64,000 nt of DNA, taken from the NCBI RefSeq assembly GCF_963853765.1, contig NC_088855.1, positions 14,446,001 through 14,510,000 on the forward strand, written 5' to 3'. Below the pieces are notes generated by a model, which was not told the DNA's origin, did no database searches, and saw only the letters and a list, made by a program, of their open reading frames with translations. This document shows, piece after piece, positions 36,201 to 47,451 of this stretch; positions within the stretch are counted from its first letter, which is position 1; every line of letters begins with the position of its first letter. A program made the position numbers and the translations under genes. The DNA comes from Magallana gigas (taxonomy: Eukaryota).

Positions 36201-38855
36201 TGTATTTATAATAAGTCTCATCACGGCATACCACAGCCAATAACAACAAGGTTCTCTCATCTGGCTGTGGTTGCATGAGTAGAGAATATCTTGTAGGTCA
36301 TTGAAGTATTCACCAAATGTATACAGTACATATATTTCTCATCTTTGCATAACAGCCAATAAGAGCAAGTTTTTTCCCATTTGGCTGTGGTGCATGGGGA
36401 GTATCTTGTAGTTTTATTGAAGCATTCACCAATCTGGGTAAAGCTAAGTGGAGATTGATCTTCATGCAACCTTTCATTATCCAATTGCAGTTTACCATGA
36501 TTACATATAAAACATGTTTGTTATACAGTTTCTGAATTCTGATGTAGTCACAGCCATTAGCATGAAGAAATCAAACAGGTTAAGGTAGTCCATCCATAAC
36601 TAAGGCGAATTTGACAATTTTGAATAATCTATACTACATTAAATATGTAATCTAAAGCTATTATGAGGCTGATATAAACCAAAAGCGGGTGTATGTATGT
36701 AGTCAATTAAATGAACTTTTTGCACTTCAAATTTTTTCAAAGAGTTGTCTGCCCTTTAGGAAAAAATTTTAAAAATCATTTTCTGAAAATATGTATGGTA
36801 AACTATTAACTATTTTAGCATATTCAGAGAAAGGGAAAGCTTTTGCGACTTTTTACCAAAAGAAATGTGAGAAAATTGATTGTACTAAAGAAATATACTT
36901 AAAAATGCATTTCTCCCATAGACTTCAATGTTAACTTCAACATATGATAAATTTTTAAATTATTTATTTATTTATTAAAGGTGAATCTTTATTATTTAAT
37001 AAACTCCTAAAAATCACACTAAGATTTTAGTGATCAAACTTGCAATCTATTAGATATGAAATTTTATGGATGGACTACCTTAAAAATTGTATGTTGCACA
37101 AAATTCAATATAAAACTATCATGATTTAAGTCAACACCCTCTGAATCATAGTATTACATTAAAGTTTTAAAATTCAGAGAATTTAAAACTATCAATAACA
37201 ATTTTATAATTTCTGAGTGTTAACTCAGCACAAATTAATTTTTCTATTTTTAGCATTTTAGAGTTACAAGTACAATTTTTATTTCAAAATCATTTAAATT
37301 TTACTTATTTTAAATGCTTTGCTTTTTTTTCTCACTGTTAAAAGTTATACTTTATTTCTTATTCGAGGAAATTTATGAGTAACGTTTTACTTTTTAATTG
37401 TATAACCATGGCATCCTACCAAGCTATTCCCCAACTTAATCATATTCACAAACAGAGAAAATCTATGTGTGAAAATAGTACCGGTAGATACATGTATCAT
37501 TATCAGCCAATGGTAGCAGAAAGCTCCTGTTCTGAAAATCTTTGTTTATGTCACATATATTTGATAATTATGTCCAAAACATTCTTTTGATTAATGAAAA
37601 TAATAACATTCTATATTAATTATTAAGCACGTTACATTTTATATAAAGTGCCATTCACTATACTCTGTCCCAAGTTTCTGTATCAATCGCTTCTGGCTTA
37701 ACATTTCAATGATCATCAATACCTTAAAGGCTTTGTGTCCAAACTATGTTTATCCACAAGTCTTTTGAATGAAAAAAGTCCAAATTTTCTATTTTGAAAC
37801 GCCCCCTCTGCCGCTAGAGGTTTTAATACACAACCAAAAACAGAAAGTCTCAAGCGATCTTGCATTGCAAAAGACAAGAATGTTACCCTGATGATAACAT
37901 TGAAAACTGCAAGGTGTCCCGGAGAAAAAATGTAAACATTTAATCCCACTAAAACTTAATCTCCATGTTAATTTTTCCAGGAAAAATTAGATGAAGTGTC
38001 AATGAATAAATCTTGGATTTATCACATTGTATCAACTTCAGTTGTACTTCTTTGACAGGTATGTGTATTGTTGTTAAAATTCGTCAAAAGTGACAGGAAC
38101 AATAACTCTGGACAGACTATAACAGGTCAGAAAATATATAAAATTGGAATCAAATTTGATTGAAAAACCTCTGCCACTTCGGGATTAATACTAGCTATGT
38201 ACAGTGCTTGCCTTATGTCACAAACTAAAGTATTTGGCTGTTTGGCCAGTTTCAATAGGACATTTTACATGGAAGTGACAAGGCTGACCTCTATCAAGTT
38301 AACTATTCGATCCGTCTCTCCTGAATTTTGAGTGTTCGGATAAATCTGCTTATATATAAACAGTACATTTTCATACATTATCATGATTATCTAGTTTATC
38401 TGATGAACTACACTTTCATCTTATCTAGTTAAATAATAATTGTTGAAGAACATCTGTTTAAGCTGTTTACAGTAAAATATCCTGCATATTCACAAGGTCT
38501 ACCCGTGGTGGGGTGGCCTCTCTCAAAACCTGCATGTTTCCCGCGTTTATTGAACAAGGAGTACATATCTTCAATGCCATACGTACACTTTTAAGCATTC
38601 CTTTGACCTATGTTGATCGCAATGTTCTTTTTTCTCAAGTATTCGCCATTCCCCGTTCTCCACCACCTTGTTGGTCAGAATATTCATCAAATCGTCCGTA
38701 TCCCCATCCGAATGATCACCTGGAATCACTCTCCCCTCGTCTGCACTTAGTTTCCAATGATTTGAGCCCGCAGAGCTTCTAGAATTAGAATTCACGATTT
38801 GCATGGACACAATGTAAAGTGCCATATAAGAGACACTCGGTAAATCGTACGTCAT
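33289..38855 (-). CDS. Short TTC17-like TPR protein with a C-terminal TM anchor
   Basis: Last exon 33864-33289 encodes TPRs (VYNQIGNFWRIKGNTQNSIECFRKAL...HFTLGEILKAYGHYQEAALHFTHALDLNPGF) and a TM (TLFIILFLVLGVIFGVI). Exon 34906-34699 (CGKPVNHTQYDHLRGIANR) resembles the TTC17 N-terminal C..FQHLRGV..R motif. Exon 37906-37723 is phase-compatible. First exon from 38855 (GSNHWKLSADEGRV) resembles TTC17 THWVVTEDGKI. The 5' exon structure is not fully resolved. Confidence 0.72.
34005..34495. mobile_element. Kolobok-type MITE (copy 2, same family as 13082-13487), intronic
   Basis: TTAA TSD (34001-04, 34496-99). TIR AGGGGCATGGTCACGATTTTGG / CCAAAATCGTGACCATCCCCT. Shared internal sequence with copy 1. 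Confidence 0.87.
36130..36440. repeat. Three degenerate tandem units of about 120-140 bp (intronic)
   Basis: tgcatg(a/g)g...atatct/cc...attgaag(t/c)attca(t/c)caa recurs at about 36132, 36273 and 36391. Confidence 0.5.
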
Positions 38856-39547
38856 TGTTGTGTATCAGTTAGTGTTGACAGTTCATTTTCTGACAGTTGG
38901 CATCGTGTTTTCCTCAATATGGCGGGCGTTAGTAACGCCACCTATGTGGAATTTCAAGGGGAAGTAATTCAAAATCCAATCCGATTAGTGTGTACTCATT
39001 TATAATGTGACAATTTTTTTTATTTTATAGTATATCAAACGAATGATAATATTCTAAATTTATTTACTGGTATTCATTTGTGCATGTATTCTTTTCAATG
39101 CATTTTTTCCAAATATTTAATGGGTCATTAATCATTCATAAAATATTAGTAGCTTCTTTTATATAAATTTAGATAAGTTTCTATTGCACACAATGCTGTA
39201 TGAATTTGGAATTATCTGCATAATGCAAAAAATAAAACACATTACACATATTAGTTATACAAAATCATCAAATTAATACCATATAGTCAACATTAAAATA
39301 GTACTCCTTTTTTTAATCTATAGCAAATTGTAATCAAACAATTATTGTTTTCAAGCTATATAAACACTTTTAAGGGTCAGTAATTAACCTCAAGTATAAA
39401 AAAAGAACACATTATACTTTAAGATGAATATGTTTGTATTGACGTCTTAATAAACATACTTTTTACATATTACATATATTACATACACTGTAGATTTCTA
39501 AAAATGAAAGAAGACAATTTCTCAAAACATATGGAAAAATGATTTTA

Positions 39548-40835
39548 TTACTCTTCATCGGCTTCTAATTTGATATTATTTCCAAATTTGGCATACAATT
39601 TCACTTTTAGATCTTGCAGTAGAGTCTGAATAGCTTCACACTGTTGTTCTAGGCCCTTCATCTCTTCCATCGTGTTCTCCTTTGCCTTTTCCAACATTTC
39701 ATTAGCGCTATCTACCCCTAGACTGACAAAAACCTCTCCTATCTGATATGTATTTTTGGGTTAAGGAAAAATAAAGAATAGGGGGAATAAAAGCTAAAGA
39801 CAGTAATAGATAGTACAAAAACTTTTGAAAACAAATTTCCTGAAAAAATCTTTCAATAGTTTCATGATGATGCATGGAATAAAATTTTGGCCCAATTATT
39901 CAATACTTCCATTTCAACTGCATTCTTGTGTTAAAAAAAGGATATGGGACTAAAGATTCATCCTCCACCATCAACATCTCATCACAAGCATCCTCTAAGT
40001 TCTGCAATTCTTTCTGAAGGAAGGAATAAAGAGAAAGATGATTCAATATGTAATTTACATGTTTTAACTTTAACAGGCAACATAAATTGTGTGACAAGCT
40101 AAAAAATTTACTTTCACAATCATGTATTGTAAACATTATCTTAAAAATAGAGATAAACTGCCTCAATCACCAGATCACAATAGATTTCTGTTCAGTTACA
40201 CATGATTAAATACCTTTTTGTTCTCTAACTCATCCTTGAGATCCTGCAGTTTGGCATTGTTTCTGGCAAACTGGTTAATTTTTTGTTGATCATCATATGT
40301 GACTTGTGTGTCAGGATCCTGTATTTATAAAGAGACAGACCAAACATGAATACTGAGTCATTTGATTATAATTACTGGCACCCCTTGCGAATGTTTTCGG
40401 AATGTTTTCTTTATCGTTGATATGTATGTAATAAATCCGGAGGTGCTCGCCATATATGATTAATGTTGTGCCTGTCCTCTTCTCTGGACAAAATAGCTAG
40501 GTTACAAAATTATTAATACTTTTGTTCACCTATATTTAAATAAATGGCTAATTTCTAAAAAAAATTATCAAAGATATGAAATTGCAGAAAATCTCTACGT
40601 CAACCAAATCTTACGCATTGTCAGTGCTAGGCACCTGAAACTCTATTGCAACATTGTAGCATAGAAACTGCAGGAGCATGTTGATGGTAAAATTGCGAAC
40701 AGTACACATTCAAATCTTATAATATGAGCCTATAAATGTTACGCACACTATAGTAACAATTTTACTCACAATGTCTTCTCACTACTTCTTTATACGAAAT
40801 GTAAAACTTACCGAATCTTTCATCGAATTTGCCAT
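39548..40835 (-). CDS. PFDN4: Prefoldin subunit 4 (132 aa)
   Basis: Exons 40835-40812, 40318-40214, 40013-39946, 39749-39548 total 399 nt: MANSMKDSDPDTQVTYDDQQKINQFARNNAKLQDLKDELENKKKELQNLEDACDEMLMVEDESLVPYQIGEVF...KFGNNINLEADEE. Confidence 0.96.
39750..39945 (-). other. U12-type AT-AC intron (PFDN4 intron 3)
   Basis: 5' ss ATATCCTTT at 39945-39937, branch TTTTCCTTAAC at 39770-39760, 3' terminal AC at 39751-39750. Splicing restores V-P-Y-Q-I-G. Confidence 0.93.
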
Positions 40836-41202
40836 TTTAATCTAAGAGAAACCTAAGAATTTACAAAAATTGCAATGTGATTACTATACTTTTAAAACCG
40901 GATTCGGTGTTACTAAATATTAACTCGTACTCTTATTGTCTTTAAGTGTAAATGTGTTGTTCCAAAATTTGCACGATTTCTATTACTTTATTTGCAGTAC
41001 ATAGCTCTAATATGACATATAAAAGAAAATGTTATAAGTAATATCTGTTTTACCTAATTTTTACTCTAAAAGCAATTTATCTATATTACGACACAACTTT
41101 GAACGATTTGACAAAACAATAAAATCCGAATTACTGCAGCAAAGGAAGAAATTCTAAAAGCAACCCTTTACCTGTTACACCTGAAATAACATATTTCTAA
41201 AG

Positions 41203-44200
41203 ATGTCGAAGAATGTAAAGCATCGACAGCATTTATCATCATATCTTACGAAACATCGCGCAAGTTCTCAACAAAATGGGTATGTAGTCAATTCTGTAAT
41301 CTTTATAAATTCTGTAACCAAGGAAGCTAAAAAAAAATCCACATATGTACTTGTACAATATTTTGTGCCACATGAATTTATATCATTGTTTGAGCATTAT
41401 TACAACTTGAGTCGTCTAATAAGAAAGTTTTGTGTTTGTTTGCTTGAAATTACTTAAGGAGCATAAACAAGCTAGCTGATGGAGCCAAAAAATGTGTTTT
41501 CAGGGGAGAAAACTCTACAGTGCTGACTATAAAATATATATATATGTTGTGTTCAACTTTGTTAGGAAAAGAAAGATTGTCATGGCAAAGATCATCTTCC
41601 CAAGTCAAGGGTTTCTGATCTACATAGTTTCTCACAAGCTATGCGGATCAGAAACCCTTGACTTGGGAAGATGGGCAAAGACATGATTAGATATGTTTTG
41701 TATTGGAATAATGTTAATAGAAATACTGATAGATTCAATGGTATTGATCTAAAATTTCATTTTACCTGTCCAACAGGGCGCCTTTGATAATTTTCTCCCA
41801 ATCACAGTCATTATAGGGCCTGCACATATTGGTGCATATGGAACCCATACTCATTGGGTAATATCAACATTTTTAATCATATTTTATTTCAGTGGAAATC
41901 TGCATTCCAAAGAAGCAGAAAAGAAAAAGGATGAAAGACTACAGCCAAAGAAAGACAGCAAAGCAACCACCTATAAAGCAATTCAAAGAGGGAAAATGTC
42001 AATTCATGAGTGAGTCAGCTCATATTATTAGTGCTCTTGATTGTAATACAAATCAAGATCATGAAATCTTTTCTGATTATGTGAATGTTCTGGAAAATAT
42101 AGTTTTATATACTGAATCGGATCTTGATTTACAGATAATTAATACTTTATATACAGTGAAATATTCTAGATGTACCCGTCAATTTTTTATGATGACTTAT
42201 TAATCTTACTCTTATATTAGGTGTAGAAATTAAAATATACATGAAGAGAAATTAATGTCTTCTTTTTTGCAGTATTCCAGGTGAAATAATGATGAACATT
42301 TTCAGCTACTTGTTACCACAGGACCTTATTCTCGCTTCTCAAGTCTGCAAAACTTGGCATAGACTTGCCAATGATAAGTATGTTGATATTATGACTTATC
42401 ACATCTCTTTATAATATGTTTATATCAGGCAGACATCGTCAAGTGCATTACGTTTGCAAATATCTTGTGAACCTTAAATTTTTGATATTGAAGCATTTAA
42501 AATCAGTTCAGTATTTAATAGGTCATTTTTCCAACCCTCTCATTTTATATTAATTATTATATGATAAATACATGTATCTGATGTGTATCTGTTCCATTTA
42601 TTTGAAATACCCAGTTTGAAATATCTAGTCCTTATTTTAAAATTGATGACCAATATTTCCAGTACTCTGTGGAGACCAATATTCATGAAGTACTCTGGTA
42701 TCAAAACTGGTGGGAGTGAGAGAGAGGTCAAACATAAGTCTATTGAAAGCATGAAACAAGAATGTATGACAAGGTAAGACAAAATGAAATAAAGGAAGAA
42801 AGTATTCAAGTTTAATTGAAATAGCTAGATGTTATCAACCTGACAAATTTTCATTATTAGTTAGACGTCAGATATTCTGACCAATTTCAACCAAATTTCT
42901 TTTACATATATTTTTAAAATCATATTTTTTAATTCCATTCAATGTACCGGTAGTAGTAATTACAGATATAGGCTTGTATTTATTTAAAATGTTAACTTTG
43001 AAATACAACCTATCTTTGTTTAAAGATGTGTCCATCAGAGAAATAAAAGAGTCTTCAAGCATTTGAGGAAAAGAAAAAGTCCCTACACAGGGCTTCAAGA
43101 GAGTAAAGAAGTGGAGCAGGCACTGAGGTATGTTAGTATGGGCAGTTACTACTGGTGTTATTTACTATGTATACATGCATGTAACACGAAGGCAAAGTTT
43201 CAGCACCGTTCTATTACCCTCAGCATTCGCAACATACTTGGCAATGGGTAGCACAACGAATTGTTACATGCACGTAAATTATGTGCGTACGGTTCGCCTT
43301 CGTAACAATTCGCTTCGCGTCGGTTGACAGTGGTTTTCTCGAGGTGTCAATCTCAACAGTTACCCTCCCAAACAGGCATTATTTATATAGTGTTACCCCG
43401 TTGCTAAGTGTGTTGCTAATGCTGAGGGTAAAAGAACGGATTATCAACTGCGTCTAAACCAATTAGATTTCAGTATTTAACATAAAAGTATAATAAAACG
43501 AATTGTTACATGCGTGTAAATTATGCGCGTACGATTCGCCATAAAATTAACTTAATTTCTATATAAAAGCAGTAAAATTTTCTCTAAAATTAAGACATTC
43601 AATATAATAAAATATATAGTGCCTGTTTGGAAGTTACCCTCCCAAGCAGGCACTATTTATATAATGCACATTTTCTTTAAAATATTCATATACCCAATTT
43701 TTATTACCTTGCTTCTCTTTTTTCACAAGCTGCAACATGTATGTGTGTACCATGGCTATCTAATTAATTCTTTTAACTAAAAAAACATGCCTCTATCTGA
43801 TTCAGGACAGCAGGAATGACCTTTGAATTGGTGATGATTGACAGCGATGACAGAGAACATACCCTTGGTCACCAAGATGTTTTTTATCATACAATGTCGG
43901 TCAGCATTCGATGGTTTGCTTTAGAGATGCCTCCATTAAAATCCATCAAGGAAATCCAGCTATACTCAAGAAATCCCCTGTTTTATAACAATGCAACTGG
44001 AAAACCAGTTAAAGATGGGTAAAGCACATTTATTGTACAGCAATACTCTGCCACTGAATGTTTATAAACAATTTACATGTTTATGAATTAAATCAAATTG
44101 TATATAAACTGAAGGAAATAGTATATATTTTATGATACATGAGATAAAGGTTGTAGAAACAGCAGTAATTGGGGTTTTTTGTATTGCAGACCATATCAAA

Positions 44201-47200
44201 GATCCTTGTTAATTACCCAAGACTTCAAATGGAGTGATTGGAAAGGAAAATCAGTTGGAGGGGATGAAGTGATGAATCTGTACAGTCTACCCCATGGTCT
44301 CACTGTAGCTGTGTATAAGGTACAATCTACAACATAGTCACACACTGTAAATCTACAACATGGTCACACTGTAGCTGTGTATAAGGTACAGTCTACAACA
44401 TAGTCTCACTGTAGCTGTGTATAAGGTGTAGCTTTGTATAAGGTACAGTCTACCCCATGGTCTCACTTTAGCTGTGTATAAGGTACAATCTACAACATAG
44501 TCACACTGTAGCTGTGTATAAGGTTCAATCTACAACATAGTCACACTGTAGCTGTGTATAAGGTACAATCTATAACATGGCCACACTGTAGCTGTGTATA
44601 AGGTACAATCTATAACATGGCCACACTGTAGCTGTGTATAAGGTACAATCTATAACATGGCCACACTGTAGCTGTGTATAAGGTACAATCTATAACATGG
44701 CCACACTGTAGCAGTGTATAAGGTACAATCTATAACATCGCCACCCTGTAGCTGTGTATAAGGTACAATCTACAACATGGTCACACTGTAGCTGTGTATA
44801 AGGTACAATTTATAACATAGTCTCACTGTAGCTGTGTATAAGGTGTAGCTTTGTATAAGGTACAGTCTACCCCATGGTCTCACTGTAGCTGTGTATAAGT
44901 TACAATCTACAAAATAGTCACACTGTAGCTGTGTATAAGGTACAATCTACAACATGGTCACACTGTAGCTGTGTATAAGGTACAATCTACAACATGGTCA
45001 CACTGTAGCTGTGTATAAGGTACAATCTACAACATGGTCTCATTGTAGCTCAGAATTAGGTGCAATCTACATTACCAATGTCTTTTCTTTTATTTAACAG
45101 GGAGATGAAGAGATGGCCTTTGTGTCCTATGGACTGTCACTAGACAACCTGGTACAGCAGTGTGTGTATGGAACCCCTGAAGAGTAAGTTTAAAGGCAGG
45201 GGTTTTTAACTGGTCGGTTTACCTCAGGTAAGTTCAGGTGGGGGTGGAGCCTATATTGAAAGACATGTGAAGCCCCGAGAAATATCAGTAGGTTGTGCAT
45301 ATGATACAGGTATACAGATTACAAACTATCTATTTTATTGCAGGTATTTCGGAATTATCTATTTGTGAATTAAGAGTTTAGACATTCTAGTATATAGTAA
45401 TGATAATTCAGTGTTAGATATCTTAAGGCTCATATCTAAAAAAAAATGAACCGCTTTGAAATGTTGAAGCTGTACAATTTAATCCTTCCTCAAATGACTT
45501 TGCTGCTTATCAATAATGTTGCTTATTTTGTCTCTGTAGGTCCTTTTCTACATCTGAAAATAAATGCTTAGATCCAGGAATGAGCTCAAGGCATGGTAGG
45601 TACAGAACCTGTGTAGAGACTCAAAAGTATTCACATCTGCAAGATCCTTTTTATTTAAACAATTTGCCTTGAGGCACTGCAGTATCTGATGTAGTACACT
45701 TACATGTAAGTTAGGAAGACATTGAGAAAAATCAAACAAAATTCATAATAATCATAATAATCTTTAGTTATAAAATTTTATGAATCAGTCTTTACATGTG
45801 ATATTCAACATTTATGCCAAATAAATTTTACAACTGAGGAAGACATTGCAAATATTTTTATTTCTGAGTTCATGTATTTGGTTTTATAATTGCAGTATGA
45901 CTAAAATTAGATTGTTCAACTGATCATAAGTATCAGTATACAATACTGTCATCATTTCTCCCCCAGGCTTGTTAGACTACCAGTTAACAGTGCAGCTCAG
46001 ATCTCTACGTAAAGAACACTGGGATGACCAGTTCAGACACGTTGATTGCCGAGAAGGAAGTTTTGACGGGGGATATGCCAACTTTACTGTTGTGAAACCA
46101 GATCAACGAATCAAAATTAACGTAGAAGACTTTGTTTACCCATGGAAAACTGACATGTTTAAAGGAAAAGTCAAAGTATGTTTGAGTCAAATATATGAAT
46201 CTGTTATTTCATTTTTGTAACTTTTTGTGGTCACAGACAATAGTTTGGTCAACAGTCATGCAGATCCATGCAACCAACATGATTCATATCAGACTTGAGG
46301 ACCAATAGTCCTTTTTTTCATTGAAGCATATGACCTGTATAGAAACACTGGTATCCCAGCTTTTAAAGGTGTTTTATAACCATTGTTTAAACTTGCATGT
46401 GTATATGATAAGTCTAGAGCCTACTGAATGGTCATCATTTATTTAAAAGTTATTCATAACATGTATATTCATGACTGTATATATTTTTAGGATATTGCCA
46501 TATTAGATCTGACAATGCTTGATGAAGGAAACAACATTTTTTGGACTGTAAGGTTAGTAATGCACACCAATACATGGATATCAAAAGTCTAGCTAATACC
46601 CTAAGTGTAAATTGATAGAACTTTTATTTACTCTTGATGGTTTGGAAATTGCAGTAGATTATCATTTCTTTTTCAGTTCTTTGGTGAAAATTGAAAGAAA
46701 CAAAGAAATTTCAAAGAGTAAGTAATAAATGTGATAGCTAGAATACAATAGATTTGGTAAAGTCGTAGCTAACAAAAATATTTTTAAAAGCTATTATAAT
46801 TGCTGCTTTTCTCCTTGGTTACATAAGAATTGTATGCTGTTCAATTGATACCTTTGATCCAACTACACACTAGATTATTCTTTTACATTATATAATCATT
46901 ACAGTGTTCGATTTTGACTACCGATATGACTCCATCATTTCCATAGAGTATGCAGATTCCAAAGGAAAGATTGTTATTCAGATATGCAAAGTAAGTTTTC
47001 AGATATTTATTAAATCTTAGTAGTTAGTTTAGCTTTCATTAAATAGACATACATGTACATACAAATCATAATTTACAATATGCATTAAATATGGAAAAGT
47101 TAAACATGTATAGCTAGCTTATTTAGTTAGACTTTACAGAAATCTGATGCATGTTAAGTATACGTACCTACTTGTAGGCAATCATTTGTACATTTATCTC

Positions 47201-47451
47201 TCTTACATCGTAAAATACTTTTGCTATGATATGCAAATTAATTAAGATGTACTATAGTATTGTAAATGCAAAATGGAAGAGAAATTTGAAGAACAGGGAA
47301 AGACTTGAATGTTCTGTAACTATTATGGTTCTAACACAATTTGTTGTAGATGGACAGTGGAGAAACGTTTCTGACCAACCTTATTGTGAGTCTTTCATTG
47401 GAGGCTATAGATGACAGATTTGGAACCAAATATAAGCCTCTCGACAAGTAA
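41203..47451 (+). CDS. FBXO15: F-box only protein 15 (about 497 aa)
   Basis: 14 GT-AG exons: 41203-41279, 41893-42009, 42273-42377 (F-box IPGEIMMNIFSYLLPQDLILASQVCKTWHRLAND), 42663-42773, 43026-43127 (SPYTGL), 43806-44018, 44190-44319, 45101-45183, 45540-45595, 45967-46175, 46491-46552, 46677-46717, 46905-46990, 47350-47451 (IDDRFGTKY). Total 1494 nt, open frame. The start exon is less certain. Confidence 0.85.
43235..43664. mobile_element. GCGAAGC-hairpin element family, rearranged copy 2 (FBXO15 intron)
   Basis: Shares the arm (caacagttaccctcccaaacaggca), the half-hairpin (gcttcgcgtcggttgac) and internal modules with 30189-30598. Confidence 0.75.
44280..45050 (+). repeat. 40-bp minisatellite derived from the FBXO15 exon end plus splice donor
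   Basis: Unit gtacaatctacaacatggtcacactgtagctgtgtataag, about 19 units. The first unit (44280-44319) is coding (YSLPHGLTVAVYK). Confidence 0.95.

Noticed and set aside
44280-45050. Regular 40-bp repeats as a CRISPR-like array
   Set aside because: Head-to-tail repeats with no unique spacers, in a eukaryotic intron, with no cas genes.
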